From Glycera tridactyla (Eukaryota): DNA of 63,874 nucleotides. Below the pieces are notes generated by a model, which had not been told where the DNA came from, did not search any database, and saw only the letters and a list, made by a program, of their open reading frames with translations. The DNA lies in assembly GCA_965644265.1 (NCBI GenBank), contig OZ286477.1, positions 26,722,001-26,785,874 of the forward strand, read 5' to 3'. Positions 26,067 to 38,780 of the stretch are shown here, piece after piece. A program made the position numbers and the translations under genes. Position 1 is the first letter of the stretch. Each line of letters starts with the position of its first letter.

Positions 26067-29000
26067 GTCCACTGTTGCTTGTAATGCGACCCATGTCCAA
26101 GCTCTTGTGAATAAAGTGTTTCAATTCAATTCATTCCCCTCTCCCTTTGTTGGGTGAGGGGACTGCATGCGCATGCAGGATCACTATGGTCTATTCGCTC
26201 TGCTTCGCCGATTTCCTCATTAAGGCATATTCCTTACGTTCTGTTTTTCCGTAGCCAGTGAGGGGATAATATTGACACTTTCATTAACTTAGAAGTCGGG
26301 AGAAATCACTTTCCAATAGATGAGTTGAGGGGAGATTGACAGACACAGAATCGACCCCTCAGGTAATCTGCTTCACATGCCCATGTTCAAAGTGAAGAAC
26401 CTATCCTCAGCTTGATCAAGTGAAATGGTAGAGTATAAGCATTGCACTCACATTTTGCTTTCGGCCTGCAACCTCGGACCGTATGGGTCTGAATGATGGG
26501 GTTGTTCTGTTAAGCTATCTGCAAATTGTGGTCATCTACCTGTTTTTATTGAGACAGAGAGAAAGCCCGACTTCACCACACATGATATGACCACCTCGAC
26601 TGCTCAAGATAACGATTCCGAGATTCCAAGGTAACATTAAATGGGACTCATCAAATCTCAGCGAAGTAGAACCAGATATATAAGAATATTTCGAGCAAAC
26701 TTCACATAGTCGAATATGTGAGGATACATGACAAATTCGAGGTTAACCAGACAGTTTCAGAGTTATTTCAGTATTACATTTCTGCCAAAGATGTGTCATC
26801 AGATAATGGCTGTGATAGAGGGAAATTTTGATGATAATGAGCCCCAGTCCTCTTGACTTGGACCTTTGTGGCACATCACATGTAATGTCACCTGTAGCAG
26901 AGACCTTTCAACTCATTTTGGTTCATTCCTGGCGATCCAAAAGAATCTTATGTTCATCATCTACTTTGTCACAAGCACACGTCAGGTCCTTGAGGTGAAC
27001 AACATCATCTTTTCCCAAAGTTTCATTCACCGACCACGGGTTAAATATGTTTAAAAAGGTTCATCACAATCGTGACTGCACTTCTTCACTGCTGCGTTAT
27101 GCTACACAGGTCAGTGAGGTCAAGCTTGTATCTCCCAACAATCAACCAGTTTGCACACGTTACCCGCTGGATCATCTCGCTGGGCCAACCCACTCTGAAC
27201 CGGGCGATTGATCCCCTCCCACAACCTATACTTAAAGATCAAGCTTACTCGGTGTGATCAATGGCACAAACCTAGATTTACTGCTTATTGGCAGGTGTAC
27301 CACAATACATTCTATTCGTCCATCAATAACATGGTGATATATTTATATGGTTCACACATCAAGCTGAAGAGTTTGGTTACCATAAAACTTTCTCTGATGC
27401 AGTGTCACTTGTTGCCATGGTAATGATTTGGAAGTAGGCTGGTAATCAAAATTCACTCCTCAATTGATATATTGGTACATGATGTATGACTCAACGAAGC
27501 CATCATATCATATGACGTACAAGAAATTTCTTGAACGACTTTCCTGTTCTTTGCTTCATTGTTGCTGTGGTAACCGAAGACGAATGACCAAACATTTTTC
27601 GAAGATCATCTTTTTCCACTTCCTATGGCTGTTCCTGCCCCTGTGCATGAGAGCTGATTACATCTTTATACACACTCCACAAGGACCTAATCAAAAACCT
27701 TAGGGCCCAGGTTGTTGTTGAAAGTTTCCTTGATCAGGAGAGCTTGAATTTGTCCAAATCCAGCATTTTTGTAGGTTTCCATGAAAACTTTTCTTGCATT
27801 AACACAGACTATTGTCCCATGTGTCAAGGCCCTTTGATTTTTGTGGAAGGTCACCACATAGCATGATGATGAAGCTTATCACTTATATTCCTGATGAGTG
27901 TAACAGCCTGTACTTCTGGCATTGTATAGGGTAGGTCGAAAAATAAGGGGATTTGATCTTTGTGTGACCTTGACCTTGGTTGCCAGGAGGAGCCATGACA
28001 TTCATGAGCAAAATTAGAAGTCTCAGACTCATTGGATACAAAATATTGAGGAAATATGTAAAAGTCTAGATGTTCCACGACCATATTACCAGGCCATTGT
28101 AAGCACAAGATGTTCTGCCTTTGATGACACCGCATAAATGCTACCATCTATACTTCAGTGTGTGCATGCATATGCAAGTGTGAGCATGAACCACGTACAG
28201 CGAAACCTGTGATGAGATGCTACAGTATAAATGCATGAGAAATGATCGTACTCAAAAGTCAGTCTCTTGTTGCAGGTATGTTTTACTGTTAAAATATGAT
28301 GATTTTTGATTAGTGGTCCTAAAAGACAGGTGATCTCATGCATGTTTCACTGTAGGAACTGAGACAAAAGACCTGTTCTTTTCAAAGAAGTTGAATACCT
28401 CTCCAGTGACAGACCTCCTGTTTTTTTTAAGACCATCTTCTGGTGATATTCAGGGATGCATGTGAATTGATTCAGTATCTTCTAATCGGCGTTTTCAGAC
28501 TCAGAGCTGTATGAAGATTCATCAATACAGGCGGTAAGTCTTTAGGTCCCACAGCATTTGAACAGCAGATGGGTATTATGTTTTTGAATAAACCCTGCAG
28601 TGGGTGGGTGGATGTCCAAGTGGTTGGGTGGGTGGGTGGATGAACGGTTCCGCGCAATAACTAGAAATGTTTTTGGGCTAAGCATCTAAGACGTGGTGTA
28701 CAAAAGGTTCTGGAAAGAGACGTTTTGACTTTGGTGTGGCATAGTTGAATTTGAAGGTTACAAAAAGGTAATGAAGGTCAAAAACATCTTCAGGACAATG
28801 ACTCGAAAATTCTGTGAGCTAGTCTTCTCAAACTCAATTTTCAGACTTTTCTAGACTATGGCAAGCCACCTATTGGCTTTTGAGTGACCCCCATGAATTT
28901 CAAAGTCACTGAGTACAGAATGTAACCTGGAAGATTTGGGAGCTAACCTTCTCAAATTCTCATGGCTAGGTTGGGAGTCCGGGGTCTCTGTAGGTGGCAG

Positions 29001-29492
29001 CCACCGATGGGCGAGGGTCATTTTCTTCTTAAATGTTGCCATCGGGGATGATTTGGCCTAGGTGTAGCATCATCCCTTCTCTTTTCCTCAAAAGATTTTG
29101 GTGTGTAGGGTTGAATAATTACATACCTTCAGACTTTCTATCATCTGTTTTCTTTTTTTACACCTGGTTAGCCTGTTGCAGATATTGTCACTATGCAAAA
29201 AGCCGGTACCAGGCACACCAGTTCAGGGTTACTAGGGCTGCTACTAGGTTACTAGGATGTTTGATGACTTTGTACTGCGAGCATATGTCAAGAACTTATT
29301 GTAAAGCTGGTTTGAAGTTGACAGTTTGTAATTGAACACATTGGTTTAGTGTTCCCGAATCTGATGCTTCTCCTCGTGTCAAGTGCTGCATTTTGCAAAA
29401 AAAAAAAGCATTGTCATCAGGCTTGAGTGGTAGCTTCCAGCCAGTTACATAGTTAGATATGCCATCATTAGATTCATTTTGCTCATGAAGAG

Positions 29493-29692
29493 TAGGTAGC
29501 GATGTGTCTGAAGTGTTAGCTACTTCCATTTGACAGCCTTTCAGGTTCCCCATCGTCTTTTGTCCAGGGTTTGTGAGAGTGATGTCTGCAGGAGGGAGAA
29601 TATCTAGCTTTCATTTACCAGGAACACATGGCATACATAATCTTCTAGGTTGATACGTGCCGTTAAAACTCAAACAAACGAAACAAACAAAC
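29493..29692 (+). mobile_element. SINE/LINE 3'-end fragment, copy 1
   Basis: Roughly 80% identical by eye to 32583-32796; ends in gccgttaaaactcaaacaaacgaaacaaac, a typical retroposon tail. Confidence 0.7.
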
Positions 29693-31317
29693 TTCCTGAA
29701 CTCGATGTACAGACATTCCCAGTGTTTGACAAGACATCTATCGATCGAGGCGTGGCCATCTTGTTTTACAAAAAGGTAAAAGATGGTAGCCCTCTGAAAC
29801 TTGTTGCATAGCCTCTCCTAGGTCAAAGAGAAAGACATTTCGATTTTGGGATACCTAGCTTGAATTTTAAGGAGTGTGAAAAGATATTCCTTCTGTTCTA
29901 TTTCACTCTTCCCATAGCGCGGGGTATTCACACCCATCTAATGCATCCAGTTCATGATGCTTCATAACGATGCATAATTTCCATGGTTCATGTACTTGAC
30001 AAATTATGGTACTGGATCGAGGAGAAAATTCTTGTGATTTCTTGGCATAATTTGCCAGATAGAACACCAGGTTGTGCAGCAACCTATGAAATTTGAGATA
30101 CCATTGAATACTAGATACTTACAATACCATGTCTGTGAATTTTGTTGAACCACTTCGAGCATCCTTTGGCGTATGCTATGCTACTTTTCACAATTACAGA
30201 TACAGGCATCATTGGTCCTGAAACTTGAGTATGGTCATTGAAGCTTAGCATCTCATCATTTCCAACTGTTGGGGTTGAATTGACAATGAGGACCAAATTT
30301 TTATATTCATGTACAACACAACAAAAGTATGTGAAAGCTCCGCTCATGAATGCCATGCAAGTCCACTAATGCTGGGGTTTACCCAATTGAATTAGAACCT
30401 TGTGGTAAACCACATACAAAGCAGTTTCAGAATATTTGATCGACATCATACATTTACATATTTTGATTCGAAACATACATTCACATGCCTCACATATTTA
30501 GGCATATTTTGAGAATGAGTACATCAAGTATAAGAGCAAGCTTACATTGAGAGATAGTCATGATAGGTGAATTGAATTGTGTGAGTTGACAGAGAGAATG
30601 TATTGGACAGATAACACGCCTCTACAAGTGACACATATACAATAAGTATTTTCAAAAGAAATCATTCCTTTGATGTATATGCCTCCATCAGGCCTTGGGT
30701 ATCAGTCCCTCAAAGCACAAACTATACATACCTAGATACCAATTGTTTGTTGCAGGTTGATGTCCTCCTCATCATGTTTCCAGAATAGCATTGGGTTCAG
30801 TGATATCTTTTTTTCGATAGGGCTCTACCTGATTTCATTTCAATCACACAGAGGTTTATATACCTTTCATACTTTTGTGATTGGACTAATGCCCTTCTTC
30901 AGCAGAAAGGAACGTGAATAGCTTCGACTTGTTGTCGACGCGTGATATGGATATTCTCATAATCAGTGATGCCGATGCTTCTAAAATCATTTCATTTTTT
31001 ATATGATTGGTGACTGTCTTACTGGATGTGAGATACATAGAACTCGCTTGTTATCAATACAAATGTAAATTTGAGGGAGAAATCGGGATCGCAGGTTGCT
31101 GATGATGGTCATGAAAGTTACTGGAAGGATGGCATACAATAAGGGGGAATTGTCACTCTGTATCTGGACATTCTATGCAAAGTCTTCATCAGAGCCAAAT
31201 GTTAGACATAATAGTCTATTGCAAAATCAGTGAATGGTTGAGAATAAGTGATTTAATTAGGGATCCTATTCTTACATGCCAAAATCTTTACACTTTTCAT
31301 GACAATATGGATTGTTT

Positions 31318-31432
31318 ATGGTGAGGTTTTAGGTCCACTTCCTCCAATTGAGTAGGCTAAATCAGACCACCTGCCATAGAGGATCTGATTTAGCCTGCTT
31401 AAGTGCAATAGGTGTACCTAAAACCTCACCAT
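31318..31432. repeat. Imperfect hairpin made of two inverted SINE 3' ends
   Basis: Left arm atggtgaggttttagg...gtaggctaaatcaga, right arm tctgatttagcc...cctaaaacctcaccat. Both match the tail of the SINE at 34300-34369. Confidence 0.85.
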
Positions 31433-32582
31433 TTTCATTTCCATTGCTTCCACTGATGGTTGAACCATTCCTAATGAAATATGGAATATCAGAGCTGGTG
31501 ATGATGGATAATCCCACTGTGTGCATTCTGGCATATCAAGTATACAGCTGAATCCTGTCAAATGCAAACTATAAGTTAGCCAGAGGGTATTGATGTATTC
31601 ATTTTCTAATGAGCACGTTGTTGGTAGTAAGCCTGAGGGACTAGCCAGCCCAGTCATTCAAACTTGTCTCTCTCCACAGTTCATAATTGGACTGGGATAG
31701 CCTGGTTCTAAGGGAGCGCATTGTCTAAGGCATCCCATGCCCAGGAATGGGTTGATATTGTCGTGCATGTTGAGCACCATAAACAATCGAATTATTGTTG
31801 ATTATTTGGTTGAACATAAGCTTCCAAAATTGCTCACTCTCTTCTGAATGTCTTGATCTGGGTGCCAAGCTGGCCAGAACTTCCTGTCTGAGTTTCATGG
31901 CCTGAGGAAAGAAAACAGTAAGACCACTCAGCTCTCTTCAAAAGTCAAAGCTTGCTTAATTGCTCACCTTCGTTGACTCCCTGGATGAATATATGCTCAT
32001 TAGAGGCTCAAAGTCAGCTGAATCTGAAATACACTGTTGGCTGTCCATCCTCACACCTGACTCATGGGGCTGCCCTACAGTGCATCAGAAGAAAGACAGT
32101 CATGTCTATTTCAACTTGATCAAATGCTAAACTTGATTTCGTTTGAAAAAGTGCATGGAATTATTGTTAGCTGTTCAAAATACTGTATTGTAATGTGAGG
32201 TAGATATCATGATACATACCATTTCAAAGCACCTCAAACTATATGGTGTGATTTGTTGGTCCATTTCAACATTAATGATTCTTTCTTCAACTTTTCCTCC
32301 AACACTGGAGCCTTTTCGGTCGATTTCAGATCGCATTGAGATTGGCCTTGTATCTCCCAGAAGATTGTCATCCAATTAGGAAAGGGAATTCACCAGTTCC
32401 ATTGGGCCAGCGTTCGAGTCATCATCAGTTATCACACAAAACTGAAACAATAATAGCCCTGATAATTTGAAATGGCATCCCAGAGAATAATGCTGATATT
32501 GATGATTGACTTGGTCCCATCTGGGAGGGTCCAGGGCGTACCAGCCTTTTGCATAGCTGCTACAGGCAAACTTTCAGTTACC

Positions 32583-32796
32583 TAGGTAGAGGTGTGTCTG
32601 AACTGTCAGCTACTTCCACTTGGCAACCTTTCAGGTCCCCCATCATCTTGCGTTCGAGGGTTGTGAGAGTGATGTCAGCAGGGGAGTGACTATCTAACTT
32701 TCATTAACCAGGAACACATGGCGTCCATTGATCAGGAACACATGACATACATAACCCTGGTGTTGATACTTGCAATTGAACCTCAAACAAGCAAAC
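32583..32796 (+). mobile_element. SINE/LINE 3'-end fragment, copy 2
   Basis: Paralog of 29493-29692, with an internal duplication of caggaacacatg. Confidence 0.7.
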
Positions 32797-34193
32797 CAGG
32801 GTGTGCGATATCCCAGAAAAAGGACTGACACTATAAATAGCAGTTCAAGCCTACCCCAGCAACACTATCTCCACCATATTGACCATTGTCTTCTTCTGGC
32901 ATGACAGCTCGGTCTTCAATAATTCGGAGCACTGCAAGCGGATCAATGAGGCGATGAGAAATATCCAGTGATGCTGACTGGTTGATCATGACTGGACAGA
33001 ATGTTTATATTTGCATATCAAAGATTCACCTTTTCATTTTTGGGAAGATTGGAAGTAGTGCAAGATTTTCCTGGCCGGATGCATCATTGCCTGCAACAAA
33101 GACTTCATATGAGCCTCTGTTTTGAAGCATCATTTCAATAGAATAGTTCCTGCTCCAAAGATGGTATGGACCATGGGTATTGCCAAGCAACTGCAATGGA
33201 CAATATCGAAATATACATGGCCTAGGTCAGCCCCGCAAGTTGATTGATCCTTTAATGCAATGTGAAGTTACCAGCTGAAAAGATAGCTGATGCAGTTGAG
33301 GCAGTGTACGGTGAGAACCTCGGTGCTTTTAACCCATAGACTGAAATATCAAGTTACCACAAGAAATTATGAACGATTTTCAACATACTTTATGTTACTT
33401 GGACAGTAGCAAATTATTGATGGATGACAACCTCTGGTCGGAGATACCGGTGTACATTATTGCCAGTCCTCGTATCATCTTTTACATGTAGAGAAAACAG
33501 TTAATCATATACTTGTGTTGATATGGCAAGTTAGGATGGTTACCCATATCCAGCCGTCAATGCTATTTCTGTTCAAGGATTCTTACTGTAAAGGGAGGTG
33601 GCTCCTTTTTATTCAGGTAATTTCGGTTCTGAATAATTATGTTGGGAGTTAGATTTGCCATGGCTGGATCAATCAATCATCCACACACGGAGTAAAAATG
33701 ATCACATTGTTCGTCTGTCTGTACTAATTTATTTCAGAATTTTTCTCGGTAACAAATGAAGAGATATCGCCCATTTTTATACAGGTAATTGCTGATAGAT
33801 AATTAGGGGCGCGAAAATGCCTGAAGCTCACTCCATCCGGGGATCTGGGTCGAGGGGGGGGGGGACGATTTTCCTTTCTAGGTCACCATCCAGGATACGA
33901 GATTAGATAGGTCATGTGTTAGTAGTAGGCTACAGAGCGAGGAGGCATAAGTTATCCAACCTCCTATCCTTTCCCCCCTCCCCCTAAGACTCCTCCCCAC
34001 CTAAGCTCTCGCATAGTTTATGACTCCTTGCCGCTTTTAATGCCTTTATTTTCCCAGAACAAAACTGCACATCCAATCTCCCAAATACACTAACCTAATT
34101 CATGCATTTATACCTCCAAAGATTGTCTTCGCAACTCATTTTGAACTAGTGAGGCTTTTATTTGATGTGAATGATCACAGAAACAAGGAGCCT

Positions 34194-34369
34194 GCCTTGG
34201 TGGCTCAGTGGTAGCATGCTGGGCCGGCGTGCAATGGGTCTGGGGTTCAATCCCCGGTCCTACCATGCAGGAATGTTTCACCCTTCATCTTCGCTCCTCC
34301 TTGGCAGGTGGTCTGATTTAGCCTACTCAAGTGCAGAAAGTGGACCTAAAACCTCAACATTTCATTTTC
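34194..34369 (+). mobile_element. tRNA-derived SINE
   Basis: A box TGGCTCAGTGG (34201-34211), B box GGTTCAATCCC (34244-34254), no acceptor-stem pairing. Non-tRNA body and tail ...cctaaaacctcaacatttcatttt shared with 31318-31440. Confidence 0.85.
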
Positions 34370-34590
34370 AGAGAGACAACTCAGCAATCACACAGTCCAG
34401 ATCCACAGCGAATGTTAATTCTTGTATTGTTACGTAGTACGTATTATATCGATCTAAATGTTTACATAAAAGGAGTCAGAAAATCTAAAGTACCGCATTG
34501 TGATGATGTGAGAATAAGAATTTTATTGAAGGTCAGCTGCTATTCTGCGAATAGGGATTCGTATGTGGGCAGCTGTGGAGAGTAGCTGTG

Positions 34591-34704
34591 GATGGCGGCC
34601 ATCTTGTTTATCTGTATATCGACAATGTAGACGAGTTGCTCTAGCCGCCATTTTTTTCTCCTGCTTCGCAGTATGCCAGCGCCAATAATTCATGATAGCC
34701 GCCA
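34591..34704. promoter_or_regulatory. CpG-rich patch with clustered YY1-like ATGGCGGC/GCCGCCAT motifs
   Basis: gatggcggccatcttg (34591-34606), gccgccattttt (34644-34655), gccgcca (34698-34704). About 1 kb upstream of the ATG at 33661 on minus. Confidence 0.35.
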
Positions 34705-34759
34705 GTTCGCGAGTTCTAGTAACCCTCATTGGAATCAGAACAAGACGATAACATCGTAT

Positions 34760-35370
34760 TTGATCGTATTTAGAATCAACCTCACGTTTTTCAGGATGTG
34801 CTGGCCCATTTGGGTGAGATCACTCTGAATCACACAAGGTTCATATCGGTCAGGATGGGGATGAGTGAAGGGCGTTCATATGAGGTCAAGGAGACTTTCA
34901 TCTTTCGACCTGAGACGTCCATTTTGAGCACATACATCTTTCGCCTACATATATCATTCATGTCCAATGAGATCTCGAAATCCCCCGAAAATCATCAACT
35001 CATCAAGTTCTTCACTCCTTCTTCTTCTCCATCGCTATCTAAATCTTTCCAGCATTTTCGTTCTCTCTCCGTCTCTCCATCGTCTGTCCATCTGCCTGCC
35101 TGCATTGTATTTCTGTCTGTCTATTTAGCTCAGTTCACCTGTATTCTAGCATATCGAAGCAATGTAGATAAGGAGAGATGGTATTTTTGGAAGGGTGACT
35201 GATCACATGGATATTGCTGAGTAGTTTTCGTCGGAAAATTAGGGAAGACGTCTTTGCAGTCGTCTGTGGTTCCCAATACTTTTTCCGATATCGGATAGGA
35301 TTTTGGTTCTCCAACAATTGAATGCATTCACTATGAAAATAGAGGGGTCCCTCTCTTCTTTCATGCATTT
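34760..35370 (-). pseudogene. Decayed NLR-type LRR-like modules
   Basis: ELDELMIFG, SYERPSLIPIL, ICRRKMYVLKMDV, LSTLLRYARIQ|gtgaac. Confidence 0.35.
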
Positions 35371-36199
35371 ACTGACGCATGCCTGCGGTAAATTTTCGAT
35401 GAATTTCGATACTTCTTAGCAGTGATGAATCTTGATTACTGGCTAAAATAGTCACTACCTGTGACGAATATATACCTAACCCTCGCCTTGTATGGATTTT
35501 GTGTACAGAATGTTTGTTGTTATGACTATAAATTACACATTCCTTGGCAATTGTTTCGGGGAAATATAACAATTAATTATAACTAGAAAGTACCAGCGGA
35601 ATTCTTCATGACTGGTCTGTTTCCTGTCTACTATATGCCTCATGGATGGGAACAGCTGGTTGCTAACTATTTATGCTGAATATTAGTATAGCTGCTAACC
35701 AATACGTGGCGCCAGGGCTTCGCTAGCCACACTGTTGGCAGACCCACTCACGTGTCCACTCGCTACCTGATAGTGGTGGAAACCGACGACATAACGGCTA
35801 CCAAGTGAACTGATTTTTGAGCAATCTTCACGGAAAACCTTCCCAGCCACTCTACCATCGGGAGATCAGATCGTGAGAATCGATTCACTCTCCTTAATCT
35901 TTGCAAGGTCGAAAAAGAAAACACACAGATACTAGGCTATTTGTGTGACTGATCACTCAATCCAAACACGAATTCCAACCTAGTATCTGTGCCATGATAG
36001 TTACTAACTACGTTCAACCAACCCATGATTTGCTGAGGTATTCTCTTCAAAATCATACATGAGCTCGATGCGCCTATGTGATGGACATAGTTGATACAAT
36101 TCGAAACTGCATTTTTGGGCCCCCATTCAAAAGTGAAATTATATGTTAGCCATGCCAAATTCATGCCATGGAGAGCTGCATGTAATGATGGAGGAAATG

Positions 36200-38640
36200 A
36201 ACGAGAGCATGTCTGTCGTATGTGTTGATGGTCTCAAGGATTCGCAGTCCTATCAAGTCAATGATCAGTATCACTAAACCTAGGTAAATCAATTTCAAAG
36301 CATAGGTATGAAATTTCAGCAGCATAATGATCATTTATCCTGGAAGACATATGTACTCCACACATGTGTTGCAAATTTCCAGTGATGTCAGCTTGATATT
36401 TTAGGCATGTGTCAATCATGCCACCCCAACCTTTAGGACCCTTCACCAGATTCGAGATGGCAACTAATTAGAAGCGACAAGCATCTAGTGCAAAGAGTTG
36501 ATTCACACGTATGAACTTTCGAGGAAACTACTTGTACACCAATCCTTCGAATCGAGAGAGAAACGGGCAAGAACAAGATCACCAATGAACCAGAAAAACA
36601 TTCATGCGAATATATTATCAAGTCTTCAATATAAGTAATGATCGTGACTATGTTTATATATGAACATACATGTTTTTGATTTGCGATGATGGAAAAATGT
36701 TCTGGGGGATTGACAACTAAATGGCGGATTTGACTGGATATATTGATGAGACATGATGAGAAATAGATGCGACATACATATTCTGTTTTTCCTGGATTTA
36801 GATGGTCACAAAAACAATTTCCCACGAAAAAAATTAACCCAAAGTTCTCGCTATCCGTTATGTCATCCATCATCCAAGGGAAGTGTTCATAGGTTAGATA
36901 CCAAACATGGATTCACAGTGAGTAAGGATCTATTTTCCTGATGCGGTGCATATCCGGAATCTTCATCTCTGATCCATGGCGAGCCATAGATTGTAGGTTC
37001 CATCTGTGGACAATTCATGATATCTCTGTGGGAATTCTCGTATATGGAATCTGTTGATTATACTAGTCTCTGTGGTCCCGAATTTGTGAAGAATACACGC
37101 TAGAAAGTTGGTACAGCTGTCCGGGATGATATAACTAGAATTAGGTCTATATTCACTTCATCATCCTGAATGTCTCAATCTTTTGTCCTGCATCATCGGA
37201 ACAGAATAGTGATATTCTCTTTCACAGCGGTTGATATTGCAGAGAAAATCGCGATGGGGAAGGTTCAGCACNNNNNNNNNNNNNNNNNNNNNNNNNNNNN
37301 NNNNNNNNNNNNNNNNNNNNNNNNNNNNNNNNNNNNNNNNNNNNNNNNNNNNNNNNNNNNNNNNNNNNNNNNNNNNNNNNNNNNNNNNNNNNNNNNNNNN
37401 NNNNNNNNNNNNNNNNNNNNNNNNNNNNNNNNNNNNNNNNTTCTGTTCAGACAGTAGCTTTGTTCGAATTATGCCTCTGGATTTCTCGTCATCATATAAC
37501 TAGTCATTCTACATTCAGTTATCGCTTAAATGAACCGAAGATGTATATGAATAGCGATAGATGGCTGAATAATGAATAAATATGCCTTTTGAATACATAG
37601 ACCTTTTGCCTGGTCTGGCTTGGCCTCCTCTGCTTTCTTTCGAAGTATATATATATATTATTACCCATATTAGCCAGAGCTTCTTCAATATCTGCGTCAG
37701 TAGGATACCGTAGTTCCTGGAATTCAGGCCTGGTCCTAACCACCATAGGATTATACAGCACCAGCCATGCTTGCATGAAATACAATATACGGGATAATTA
37801 AATATGATGACGTTGAAATAATGTCGTGGCCATGATCTTGAACGGAGTATCCGACCATTCGAAGTTGAACTTTCTCATCCTGCAAGCCATCTTACAACAG
37901 TTGTTCCGGTAACCAAGCAATGGAGGTGAATAGCTGAACGAAGAAAAATATCCGATGTGCATGCCATGGATTTTGTCTTCATATTAAAGCTTACTCCAAC
38001 GTTCATTTACGTCAAGGTGGGAAATCCCGAAGGGATCATTATGGACCCAAAATGCACTCAATGTCGATAATACCATCTGTTCATTTTGTTATCTCTATAT
38101 CCCGGGTGTTTGTCAGTTTGGGAATAATCTACTGAGAGTGACGCGAAAATTCATCTGATTTCGGTGTCTACATCCAGAGAAAATTCACAAAATTCATATG
38201 TATGTGTGGGCAATTTTTTCAGAGTGCACTTTGATAAGTGGACGAAAAAAAGACTATCAGTGGGGTGATGTCTCGGTTCAGAAAATCATTTGAACGGACG
38301 GCAGCTCAGGGAACAGTCGAACAGTAGATGTTTACCTCCACCCAAGATGGCGGCTGGTGCGTGCCAAAACCGTCGGATATCTCATCGAAATATTCCAGGT
38401 TCTCTGTGAAATCGCTATCATATCAGACGTTGTTGAAGAATATCATATTTCTCGCATGTTCAGATACATGTTATCAGGAAACGGAGTATATAGCGCCCAC
38501 TTTGTTGCGAGAAAGCATGGTTGTTTACCGTCTCTTTAACATCAGCGCGAGGTGTGTTTGATTGTCAGGTCCGTCAACCATCATTGAAGCGAACTAGTAC
38601 AATTTTGTAGAATAATTCATTTACATCCGTTATAACTCGG
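36200..38640 (-). pseudogene. Decayed NLR-type LRR-like modules
   Basis: WLTDLTIKH, GRYILRFLITC, IIPKLTNT, FFFVQLFTSIA, IEDLIIYS. Includes track ORF 36433-36873. Confidence 0.33.
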
Positions 38641-38780
38641 GTAATTGTTCGCTATATATTCACATATGCCACCACAATATTTGATCAGGATTTTTAACTC
38701 ATCCACATTTTCTGCTCTCCACAGTTTTTCCACTGCAGATTTTGGAACATTAACCTAATTCACTTGTATTTGGTCGATAT

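Larger units (their letters stand above)
29760..33661 (-). pseudogene. Compact multi-exon gene relic of unknown product (possibly transposon-borne)
   Basis: Exon-like blocks with canonical sites: 33661-33587 (ATG, MANLTPNIIIQNRNYLNKKEPPPFT|gtaaga), ~33485-33399 (|gtaaca), 33340-33272, 33190-33030, from 32991, 32441-32220, 32074-31968, 31901-31838, 30265-30123 (|gtaagt), from 30083. Short introns of 38-145 nt; the two longer ones contain retroposon fragments. No fully open spliced frame. Confidence 0.55.

Noticed and set aside
25880-26130. Solo LTR (shares catgtcca(a)agctctt and a downstream AATAAA with 54216-54282)
   Set aside because: No TG...CA ends, TSD, PBS or PPT identified.
26530-27703. 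piggyBac transposase remnant
   Set aside because: The suggestive motifs (CGEVGLSLCLNKNR on minus, TYKKFLERLSCSL on plus) are on opposite strands; no DDD core or TTAA/TIR found.
27740-29000. Non-autonomous element with gtgaccttgacct motif
   Set aside because: Probably repetitive, but ends and family cannot be defined from this window alone.
29890-29960. NACHT Walker B (ELDALDGCE)
   Set aside because: No Walker A, sensor or HD motifs nearby; lies within the unrelated multi-exon relic.
34194-34265. tRNA gene
   Set aside because: A and B boxes are present, but there is no acceptor stem or clear anticodon arm and it continues into a SINE body shared with 31318-31440.
35706-35725. Retroviral primer-binding site (TGGCGCC)
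   Set aside because: The match stops after 7 nt and there is no adjacent LTR.
37700-37730. NACHT winged-helix FQE motif (RPEFQEL)
   Set aside because: Lacks the FxH...FQEFxAA context.
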